Assembly: GCA_002344895.1 (NCBI GenBank) | Contig: DDUR01000101.1 | Span: 64,623-128,622, forward strand | Direction of reading: 5' to 3' | DNA from: Ignavibacteria bacterium UBA2333 | Lineage (GTDB): Bacteria; Bacteroidota; Ignavibacteria; Kapaibacteriales; Kapaibacteriaceae | DNA: 64,000 nucleotides | Part shown: one piece after another, positions 10,041-18,466 of the stretch | Layout of the letters: the number at the start of each line of letters is the position of its first letter | How positions within the stretch are numbered: position 1 is the first letter of the stretch | The notes under the pieces: generated by a model | Told to the model about the DNA's origin: nothing | Database searches by the model: none | The model's input: the letters and a program-made list of their open reading frames with translations, nothing else | Made by a program: the position numbers and the translations under genes

Positions 10041-10466
10041 GTGGGGGGAACCATGATCGTCAAGCTCACATCGGACGATTCAACGTCCATACGTTTTTTC
10101 CTCGGTGCTGCACCTTGTGGTACGGCACCAGTATCGGAAGACGAGGGCACCGAACTCCATTTTGGTCGATACTGGATCCCGAATCCACGAGATGCATATA
10201 GTGTCATCGCCACCGGCGACTCGATGGAAGGTGCTCGAATTTATGCTGGCGATATGCTCGTTATTGATGCTGGGATGGAAGCCCGCGATGGGAACATCGT
10301 TGTTGCTTGGCTCAATGGTGATCTCACGGTAAAACGTCTTGGCCATGACGTCGATGGCAGACTCATGCTGATTGCCGAAAATCCCAAGTATGCCCCCATT
10401 ATTGTTGGCGATCACGATGAAGTGCGGATCCTCGGAGTCGTCACAAGTGTACATCGGAAGTTGTGA
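10041..10466 (+). CDS. S24 family peptidase, UmuD/LexA C-terminal domain-like (no HTH domain)
   Basis: GDSM active-site serine motif and ...VAWLNGDLTVKRL lysine region; 141 aa; no umuC neighbour. Confidence 0.7.
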   Translation: MGGTMIVKLTSDDSTSIRFFLGAAPCGTAPVSEDEGTELHFGRYWIPNPRDAYSVIATGDSMEGARIYAGDMLVIDAGMEARDGNIVVAWLNGDLTVKRLGHDVDGRLMLIAENPKYAPIIVGDHDEVRILGVVTSVHRKL

Positions 10467-10470
10467 GGAC

Positions 10471-10555
10471 GCTGGGTGACGCGGGCCTACGCTAGGTGAT
10501 GCGGGGTGACGCAGGCCTACGCGGGGTGACGCGGGCCTACGCGGGGTGACGCCGG
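10471..10555 (+). repeat. ~20-bp tandem repeat (gcggggtgacgcgggcctac) x ~4 immediately 3' of the S24 peptidase gene
   Basis: Read directly from sequence. Confidence 0.8.
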
Positions 10556-10700
10556 TTTGTCGATTGTACATTCCGATAACTAGACCCCTTACCACCGATA
10601 CCTTTTCAGAGATTCCTTTTGACGTTCGGGAACGCTCTCCGTGATTCAAGCGTTAATGTGTCGTTCCACACACACATTTTGTATTCACGGAGGTTGACCT

Positions 10701-12419
10701 ATGGCACGTATCGTGTCTCTGCTTGCAGCAGCAGCTGCTTGCACCATGACAGTATCGGCCCAGACTGCACGACTCCAGGTCGTCCATAACGCAGCTGATC
10801 CGATGGCATCAGTCGTAGACGTCTATGTAAATGGCGCACTTACACTTGATGATTTTGCCTTCCGCACGGCAACCGATTTTATCGAAGTGCCCGCTGGAGT
10901 TGAATTGAGAATTGGAGTTGCCCCATCTTCGAGTCAATCGGCGGCAGATGTTCTAGCCACAGTACCAGTGACGTTGGCTGCCGATGGACGTTACATTGCC
11001 GTTGCAAATGGTGTGCTAAATCCAGCATCCTTTGCGGCCAATCCCGATCCAGCAGCAGCTGCAATTGGATTTAATCTGTATGCAGCTGACAATGTGAGCC
11101 CGGCATCAGGCACGGAAGGCTCTGTTGACATTCGCGTATTCCATGGCGCAACAGATGCTCCAAAGGTTGATATTCTTGCTGGCAACAATCGCATTGTTGA
11201 GGGACTTTCCTACGGAGGGTTTACGTCGACACTCACCGTTCCTGCTGCCTCGTACACACTTGGTGTAGCCCCAGCTGGTGGCAATCCAATTGCAGCGTTT
11301 ACAGCGGACGTGAGCGCACTCGGTGGGCAGTCAATCTTCGTCATGGCGAGCGGATTCCTGAGTCCGTCAGCGAATCAAGACGGTCCTGCCTTTGGACTCT
11401 TTGCCGTAACCGTGGATGGTGATGTGATTGCTTTGCCACCTGCAACGTCCACACCAGGTGTTGAGCTTCAAATCGTCCACAATGCTGCAGATCCAGCAGC
11501 CGCTGTAGTTGACATCTACGTTAACGGTCAACTCGCGCTTGATAACTTCGCCTTCCGCACCGCAACACCATTCCTGCCGTTTGATGCAAACGTAGCCTAC
11601 TCAGTTGCTGTTGCGCCAGGCACGTCCACGTCCGTTGGCGACGCCCTGGCAACGTTCCCCATTCAACTACCAGCGGGTCGTTACATCGCAGTTGCAAACG
11701 GCGTCTTGAATCCCGCCAATTTTGCGGCGAACTCTGATGCCGATGCCGATCCAATCGGCTTTACGATCTATCCGGTTAGTGACGTTCGTGGCGCTGCTGG
11801 AGCTGCTGGAAATGTTGACATTCTCGTCTTCCACGGTGCAACAGATGCACCAAAGGTTGATATTCTAGCTGGAACCACACGACTCATCGAAGGTCTTTCC
11901 TACGGCGACTGGTCGTCATACCTGAGTGTCCCAGCTGCAGCCTACACACTTGGTGTTGCACCTGCTGGTGATGCAGCTATTGCGAATTTTGATGTGGATC
12001 TTACTTCGCTGTCAGATCGCGCAATCGCCGTCCTTGCAAGTGGATTTCTTGTACCAGGAGCAAATAACGACGGACCTGCATTTGCCCTTCTTGCAGTTTT
12101 GCCTGATGGCCAAACGCTTGTTATCAATCCAGTAACGGCCAACGTCGCAGAACTAGCTCCACTACCAGCAGCCAGCATTGCTCCGAATCCAGTATCTGCT
12201 TCTGCAGACGTCACATTCTCTCTTCCGGCCGACGCCAACGTGACAGTGACGATTTCGAGCGCAGCAGGTATGATTGTCTCTCAGACATCCATCGGGAACC
12301 TAATCGCTGGTGAGCAACGTTTACCTCTGCGTACATCCGAACTTGCAACGGGAGCATACTACGTCCGCATTCAAGCTGGACAGTATGGCACAACACTTCC
12401 GCTGACGATCGTTCGATAA
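10701..12419 (+). CDS. secreted T9SS cargo protein with two tandem ~230-aa DUF4397-like domains
   Basis: Signal peptide; internal duplication (LQVVHNAADP...VFHGATDAPKVDILAG repeated twice); C-terminal T9SS CTD (GAYYVRIQAGQYGTTLPLTIVR); GGAGG RBS. Confidence 0.7.
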   Translation: MARIVSLLAAAAACTMTVSAQTARLQVVHNAADPMASVVDVYVNGALTLDDFAFRTATDFIEVPAGVELRIGVAPSSSQSAADVLATVPVTLAADGRYIAVANGVLNPASFAANPDPAAAAIGFNLYAADNVSPASGTEGSVDIRVFHGATDAPKVDILAGNNRIVEGLSYGGFTSTLTVPAASYTLGVAPAGGNPIAAFTADVSALGGQSIFVMASGFLSPSANQDGPAFGLFAVTVDGDVIALPPATSTPGVELQIVHNAADPAAAVVDIYVNGQLALDNFAFRTATPFLPFDANVAYSVAVAPGTSTSVGDALATFPIQLPAGRYIAVANGVLNPANFAANSDADADPIGFTIYPVSDVRGAAGAAGNVDILVFHGATDAPKVDILAGTTRLIEGLSYGDWSSYLSVPAAAYTLGVAPAGDAAIANFDVDLTSLSDRAIAVLASGFLVPGANNDGPAFALLAVLPDGQTLVINPVTANVAELAPLPAASIAPNPVSASADVTFSLPADANVTVTISSAAGMIVSQTSIGNLIAGEQRLPLRTSELATGAYYVRIQAGQYGTTLPLTIVR

Positions 12420-12451
12420 CCTAGCTCCCTCTTCCCCACCCCCATATATGA

Positions 12452-12490
12452 CAAGGGCTCGCCATCACCAGGCGAGCCCTTGTTTTTTTC
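12452..12490 (+). terminator. rho-independent terminator
   Basis: caagggctcgcc-atcacca-ggcgagcccttg followed by ttttttt. Confidence 0.8.
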
Positions 12491-12575
12491 TTGGAATCCG
12501 AAGTGTAATACTCGACACTGAATCGTCAACGTTCAGCCGAAGCTGAAGATCAACGCCTAACTTCTAGCATCCTTG

Positions 12576-12881
12576 TCATGGTACGTCCTCACTTGACACG
12601 GCAATGATATCTAAGCCGTATCGCTGTATCGACCGAAACACGGCATGAAGTGCCGATTGGTCCGGTAGCACTCCAACAAGTAATGTTTCCATACCGTCCG
12701 TACGTTCAACTACCAGAGGCGCAAATGCCTGGCTCCAGTCATCGGTAAGTCGTGCCCGTACGGTGATGCGGTAGTTCCGCGCGTCGCGCGACATGGTGCC
12801 TTCTGATGTGTGATCGTTCATGAACGAAACATACGGTGCCGTTCGGGAAGTGCGAAACACTTCCCGAACCGACAACCGCAT
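12576..12881 (-). CDS. small hypothetical protein (101 aa; start uncertain)
   Basis: ORF only; a 9-11 bp perfect hairpin lies just inside the 5' end. Confidence 0.3.
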   Translation of the reverse strand: MRLSVREVFRTSRTAPYVSFMNDHTSEGTMSRDARNYRITVRARLTDDWSQAFAPLVVERTDGMETLLVGVLPDQSALHAVFRSIQRYGLDIIAVSSEDVP

Positions 12882-12924
12882 GTGAGAGAGGGAGAGAGAC
12901 CGAAGTTAGATTTGGTTACTGCTC

Positions 12925-12970
12925 ACCAGGAGAAGTTCACCGGGAGAAGTTCACCGGGAGAGTTCGGGGG
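12925..12970. repeat. tandem 14-bp repeat caccRggagaagtt x3 (reverse complement ctcccggtgaacttct), member of the CCCGGTGA repeat family
   Basis: Read directly; lies 3' of the minus-strand gene 13039-15669. Confidence 0.8.
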
Positions 12971-12975
12971 CTGTA

Positions 12976-13003
12976 GTGGAGCGAATGCAGGCATTCGCTC
13001 CAC
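12976..13003 (-). terminator. perfect 13-bp-stem palindrome gtggagcgaatgc-ag-gcattcgctccac, 35 nt after the stop of 13039-15669
   Basis: Read directly; no U-tract, so terminator role is tentative. Confidence 0.35.
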
Positions 13004-13038
13004 CGTAGGCGCCCCGATGAGGGTGAGGGACCGATGTC

Positions 13039-15669
13039 TTAAGGAAGGATGACCAGCGGAAGTGTCACGCGCTGGGAGCCATTCTCGATAACAACGAGAT
13101 AGGACCCAGCTGCAAGCTGACGACCAGCATGATCGATTGCAGGAATTGTCATTGTGCCCGTTGTCGTCGAAAGCACATTGCCTTGGAGTGAGATGATTCG
13201 CACCGTAGACGTGCTGTTGAGTCCTGCGATGACGAAGTCGGATGTTGCTGGGTTTGGTGTGATGACGTAGTTCGTCGATTGTTCTTCATCAACACCCGTT
13301 GTCGTCGTTGCACGACCTACGAGACGTGCATCAAGATTGCCCGCGTTTTCCGAGAGGATGGTCACGTTGACGTCGTAGTCACCTGTTGTGAGTGGACGGA
13401 ACTCAACACAAACCTCACCTTGTTCACCAGCCTCAATCGTGAGAGGCAGATCCGACACGATAGCGAAGGCAGAAGAACCCGAACTTGTGGACTGCATTCC
13501 TGTGATTGTTACGTCGCGACCTTGATCAGCAACAACCGGGATACAGACAACTGCTGTTGTACCTGTGCGAATTTCACTGAAGTCTGCCGTTTCTTGTGCC
13601 TGATAGAAACGATGTCCCTGTGCGCCAAGATTTACCGTCATGTTGCCAAGAACGGAATTACTGGAAATGGTGACGGTTGCCTCTTTACGGTCACGTGTTT
13701 CAGCATTGAACTCAATCGTAAGTCCAGCGCTTTCTCCTGGCTCGAGTTCGAACGGGAATACAAGGCCTGGGAAGTGGAAACCAGCCGCAAATGCCTCAGC
13801 CGTGTCGATAGAATTCACAACAAGCGTCTGTGTACCCGTGTTCTTAAAGAACCAACCAGTTGCTTTACGATGAGCATATCCAACTGGTACACGCTGATAG
13901 TCGAGGCGTGAGGCTGCAAGAGCAAGTTCTGGACCTTGAGCTGACGTTTCACCAACGATGATTCGCACCGTTGTTGTGAGTGCCTGGCCACAAGCATTTG
14001 TCACGATACAATGATAGAATCCTGCATCTGCTTCAGTTGCGTTCTGCTTTTCGAAGACTGCTGACGTAGCTCCAGCAATGGATACGCCGTTAAACTTCCA
14101 TTGATACGCGCGAGCGTCCGATGCATCCACTGTGAGTCGGATGAGTCCGCCTTCGTCAACACGTGCTGGCTGAGGCTGGACAATGATGACAGGCTTGGAG
14201 ATTACACTTACCACGAATCCCGTTGATGTTGTTGTCTGGCCGCAGGCATTTGTAACCTCGACGGTATATGTTCCAGCGTCCGAAAGTTTAACGTTCTGAA
14301 TAGACAGGACATTCGATGTCTGACCATCAAGTCGGTAGTCGTTACGATACCACTGATACTGAAGTCCAACGCCAGCAGCAAGGATCGACACGTCGAGCGA
14401 CGAGCCCTTACATACTTCGCGGTTGCGTGGCTGAGCAACAATAACGGGAGCCGAAGCGATGTTGAGTTTGGCAGACGGAGCCTGCACAACGACAATGCAG
14501 TTAGAACCTTCTGGTGCTGCAGTATTTGTTACGACGACGTCATACGTTCCGGTATCAGCATCCGTTACTTCTGCGATCGTAAACTGTGCCCCATTTGCCC
14601 CTTCAATGTCAACTCCGTTAAAGCGCCACTGATAAGCAAGGCGTCCGCCTACGGCACTTACTTCGAAGGTTGCAGATGCACCAGCGCAAACAGTGTTGTT
14701 GCTTGGTGCAGCAACGATGATCGGCTGTTCCGTGATGTCGATCGTAATTGTTTCCGAGACTTCTTCTGAGCGGCAAGCACCTGCAATCACCACACGATAG
14801 TCTCCTGCATTTATAGGACGAACATTTGTGATAACGTATGTTGGCTGCGTTGCTCCAGCGATTGGCAGATTGTTGTGATACCACTGATACGAGAGGTCGT
14901 CACCTGCAGCAATTACCGAGATCGTGTGGTCGGTATTGGTGCAAAGGGGCGCAGAAGGGGCTACGGGCTGCTGCGTAATAGCAACTGGCTTACGCTCACG
15001 AACCTGGGCAAAAGCAAGCATGTCCGTTGTGTTACCACACCACTCCACAATTCGAACGGCATAACGTCCTTCATTTTCCGCACCATTCATCACGATCTCA
15101 AAACTCGGATCCTCACCGCGCGCAATCTCTGTACCATTGTGGTACCAGATAAACGTTGGCTTGCGAGCACGAATGTCAAGGCGTGGGGTAATTGCTTCAC
15201 CGCGACAGATAATGTACTCTTCGACGCCGCCGAGATAGGCAGGATCCTTGCAGATAAGGCGCGTTGTAAAGGATCGTTCGCCGGGCTTGATTTCTTCACC
15301 ATCTCCCGCATTATCGGTGACGGATAGTCGGTAAATCACCTTGGAATCCGGGGGGAAGATGATGGGAATCGTAATTGTGACTTCCGTTTCTCCGGGAGAA
15401 ATGTTCATCACGTGTTCCCATGTTTCACCGTCGTCAGTTGATGACGAAAGCATAATCTCTTCGCCCTTTGGGATGTCTCCGCTGACATCATTCCAGCCAA
15501 AGGTTACTTCCGTATCAATTTCAATGTCGGACCCTTCATCGGGTTTTACAAATTCAAAGGCCTGAGCAAAGGATGGCGTGGCAAAACAGATTGCCATCAG
15601 GGCGATCAGACCGAGTCTGATCCAGACCGAGGGTTTCGGTGGTCGTTCGGGGTTTCGTTGAGTCGTCAT
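13039..15669 (-). CDS. secreted T9SS cargo protein with at least five tandem immunoglobulin (I-set-like) domains
   Basis: Signal peptide; repeated Y-Q-W-x-x-N-G...D-x-G-x-Y-x-V modules; C-terminal T9SS CTD (GSYLVVIENGSQRVTLPLVILP). Confidence 0.7.
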   Translation of the reverse strand: MTTQRNPERPPKPSVWIRLGLIALMAICFATPSFAQAFEFVKPDEGSDIEIDTEVTFGWNDVSGDIPKGEEIMLSSSTDDGETWEHVMNISPGETEVTITIPIIFPPDSKVIYRLSVTDNAGDGEEIKPGERSFTTRLICKDPAYLGGVEEYIICRGEAITPRLDIRARKPTFIWYHNGTEIARGEDPSFEIVMNGAENEGRYAVRIVEWCGNTTDMLAFAQVRERKPVAITQQPVAPSAPLCTNTDHTISVIAAGDDLSYQWYHNNLPIAGATQPTYVITNVRPINAGDYRVVIAGACRSEEVSETITIDITEQPIIVAAPSNNTVCAGASATFEVSAVGGRLAYQWRFNGVDIEGANGAQFTIAEVTDADTGTYDVVVTNTAAPEGSNCIVVVQAPSAKLNIASAPVIVAQPRNREVCKGSSLDVSILAAGVGLQYQWYRNDYRLDGQTSNVLSIQNVKLSDAGTYTVEVTNACGQTTTSTGFVVSVISKPVIIVQPQPARVDEGGLIRLTVDASDARAYQWKFNGVSIAGATSAVFEKQNATEADAGFYHCIVTNACGQALTTTVRIIVGETSAQGPELALAASRLDYQRVPVGYAHRKATGWFFKNTGTQTLVVNSIDTAEAFAAGFHFPGLVFPFELEPGESAGLTIEFNAETRDRKEATVTISSNSVLGNMTVNLGAQGHRFYQAQETADFSEIRTGTTAVVCIPVVADQGRDVTITGMQSTSSGSSAFAIVSDLPLTIEAGEQGEVCVEFRPLTTGDYDVNVTILSENAGNLDARLVGRATTTTGVDEEQSTNYVITPNPATSDFVIAGLNSTSTVRIISLQGNVLSTTTGTMTIPAIDHAGRQLAAGSYLVVIENGSQRVTLPLVILP

Positions 15670-15799
15670 GGTTTCAGTCCTTCAATTCATTGGTTGCGTT
15701 GTTGCCGTACGATCTGGCCGCTGTGACCTTCTTCGTACGATGCAAAATTCAGGACCAACGAGTATGAGGAACCTCAACCGAAGGGTTGAATCTGATGTG

Positions 15800-18466
15800 T
15801 CAGACGAGTCCCATAGATTTTGCCTTCAGGATAGCCTCGGAACGACTTCGAACGTCGAGTTTTTGGAAGAGATTGTAGAGGTGCGTCTTAATTGTAGCAA
15901 GGGAAACGTAGAGTTCATCAGCGATACGTTGATTGGAAAATCCCCGTGCTAATAATGTCAGGGCGTCAATTTCACGCGATGTAAGGCCTAACTCTCGTGT
16001 TTTTGTTCGCAACTCGTTAATGGTCACGGCTGGTGCTGACACGATTGCCGACGCTGCGGGCGCAACGTAGTCACGAGGTGTCAGGAGTGGTAACATGCAG
16101 CCGTGGCTACGACGCTCTTCGGCTATGGTCTGACGTGCACGTTCTGCTTCGCTGAGTCGGCCAGCTACTTCCGCTTCCAAGGCGAACACATCGTCGGCTT
16201 CAAGACGTAGTCGTGGCAGGTTTTGGACTAATAACACATCATAGAGCTCATGCAGAATGTGCCGATACGGACCTAGTTCATTTCGTTCTGCCTTCAGTCT
16301 GAACCAGAACAACAATGTATAGGTACGTCCCAACAGGTTTGTTGCCTTGTCGTTACGCGTCGTCAGCAAATCTGACTCTACCCAATCCATCCAACGATCT
16401 ACCAGTGCGCGGGGTCCGAACCGATAGGCCGTTGCCGCTTCCATGAGACGAGCAAGCTCTGTATACATCTCCGCCAGAGCTGGCATATCAAGGGCTAACA
16501 TGTCGGCAGACGCACGACGTGCACGGTCAGCATCTCCAAGATGTATAGCAAGCCGACACTCAATCTGGAAGGCATTAAACAAGCGTGCTCGGACGAGACC
16601 AGGTTTCCGTTCTACAAGCGCTGCAATATCTCCGAGTGCACCTTCGGTCTCCTCAATATTGGCAAGGTCAAAAGCAATCCGAGCGCACAGGGTGTTATAG
16701 TCTAATTCATGCGGAACAGACATAACGAGTTTTCCTGTCCTCTCAATATCTCGGATACGATCACGAGCCTCCAACGCACGAAAACCTCGCCCTGCTAGTG
16801 CGTGACAGCGCATCGTATCCTGTTCAATGATTGCTCTGAACACGGTATCCAATCTGTCCCACTCCGTCGAACGCAGTCGATCAATACGCGCCAAGGCCTC
16901 ATTGATTCTCAATGAACCTGTTAGCGTTCGAATTGTATTGATCTGATTGTTCGTGATAGAAACAGAGATTGCCTCCTGCGGAATATTTGCTCGTTGAGCA
17001 TCGTCAGCCGATATACTTTGATACCACGATACACTCTCGGCCATAAACATAAGATCGCGGTCATAGTCGCGAAAACCGGTTTCTTCAACAGCTCGCGCAT
17101 GACAAATGGTCCCCATCGCCATGGCGCGCATAGCCGGGTCTACGTCACCTTGAAGCACGGTCTCAAGTTGACTGATGTATTCGGGAACGAGGTCAAACCG
17201 CAGAATGTTGGATGACATCGACAAGCTCATGATAAGGAGCCGTATGTCGGATGTGCGATGTTCTGCGTCGAGGTCCAAAAGAAAATTTGTGACATACGAG
17301 GCATCAGCATCATCAAGGTCATCCACCCATGTTTCAGCAATGATTTCGCATCTGGATGACAACACCGATGCTTCACGTGCACACTGCACGGCCAGGTCTG
17401 TGTATCCACGCCGCGCGCTCCAAACACCAGCTCGTGTGAGCACGGCATCAATGTCGTGAGGATACCGCAAACGTGCGAGACGGCGGAAGAGATCCGCTAC
17501 AAGATGATGGAATCGGTACCACGTACCGTCTTCATCCAGTGAAATGACAAAAAGATTACGATGAACAATATCTCCAAGAAACTTCTCACCGTCACGTCCC
17601 AACATCGCCGTCACGAGTTGTGCTGAGAATCGGTCCATGAGGCTTAACAGCAGAACGTCCTTGGCGTCCTTCTCGTCAAGAAGACTTAGTACGTCCTGGA
17701 CGAGGAAATCCAATACAAATTGATCACCATTTGCAAGTGCCTTAATAATGTCACCGTGATTCTCGCTTTGTCGCAACCGTGTAGCAGCAAGTACAACGCC
17801 AGCCATCCAGCCTTCCGTTGATGTTGCCAATGCTTGTGCATCAACATCGGCCAACGGGATACCATAGGCAGCACGTAGGAGTTCTTGTGTTTCCGTTGCA
17901 TCAAGGCGCAAATCAGCAGAACGTACATCCAACAATCGGCCCTGTGCTCTCAATCGAGCTAGCGGTAAGGCAGGATCGGACCTACCTAATAGTACAAGTC
18001 GGAGGTGCGGAATGTCATGCCGAACGAGTGGCGACAACGTTTCCGTGAGCACATCATCGGGTATGAGGTGAACATCGTCAATGACAAGAATCACCGATGA
18101 ATCAAGCTCGAGTAATGCTTCAACAAGCGACGCATGGACCATGTCAAGGTCCATTGGCGTCGAGTCAATCATCGGCATAATGTCTACAAACCGATCCGGT
18201 TGTACGGTTGACAACGCACCGACAACATATCGTAACACACGTTGTGCATCAACGTCCTGCGCATCACAACTATACCACGCTGCCGAACGCTGCCGCTTTT
18301 CCAGCCATTGTGCTAAAAGTGTCGACTTACCGAATCCCGCTGGTGCTGATACGATTGTAACGGCATAGTCTTCCAGCGCATTAAGTTTGCGAAGGAGTGG
18401 TGCCCTCTCGACGGTGTTATGGCGTACGGACGGAGTGTGGAGTTTTGTGCGTAGCAGTATGCTCAT
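15800..18466 (-). CDS. MalT-like large ATP-binding LuxR-family (LAL/STAND) transcriptional regulator
   Basis: N-terminal Walker A SAPAGFGKST, MalT-like NTPase/helical region, C-terminal LuxR HTH (SNQRIADELYVSLATIKTHLYNLFQKL). Confidence 0.8.
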   Translation of the reverse strand: MSILLRTKLHTPSVRHNTVERAPLLRKLNALEDYAVTIVSAPAGFGKSTLLAQWLEKRQRSAAWYSCDAQDVDAQRVLRYVVGALSTVQPDRFVDIMPMIDSTPMDLDMVHASLVEALLELDSSVILVIDDVHLIPDDVLTETLSPLVRHDIPHLRLVLLGRSDPALPLARLRAQGRLLDVRSADLRLDATETQELLRAAYGIPLADVDAQALATSTEGWMAGVVLAATRLRQSENHGDIIKALANGDQFVLDFLVQDVLSLLDEKDAKDVLLLSLMDRFSAQLVTAMLGRDGEKFLGDIVHRNLFVISLDEDGTWYRFHHLVADLFRRLARLRYPHDIDAVLTRAGVWSARRGYTDLAVQCAREASVLSSRCEIIAETWVDDLDDADASYVTNFLLDLDAEHRTSDIRLLIMSLSMSSNILRFDLVPEYISQLETVLQGDVDPAMRAMAMGTICHARAVEETGFRDYDRDLMFMAESVSWYQSISADDAQRANIPQEAISVSITNNQINTIRTLTGSLRINEALARIDRLRSTEWDRLDTVFRAIIEQDTMRCHALAGRGFRALEARDRIRDIERTGKLVMSVPHELDYNTLCARIAFDLANIEETEGALGDIAALVERKPGLVRARLFNAFQIECRLAIHLGDADRARRASADMLALDMPALAEMYTELARLMEAATAYRFGPRALVDRWMDWVESDLLTTRNDKATNLLGRTYTLLFWFRLKAERNELGPYRHILHELYDVLLVQNLPRLRLEADDVFALEAEVAGRLSEAERARQTIAEERRSHGCMLPLLTPRDYVAPAASAIVSAPAVTINELRTKTRELGLTSREIDALTLLARGFSNQRIADELYVSLATIKTHLYNLFQKLDVRSRSEAILKAKSMGLV

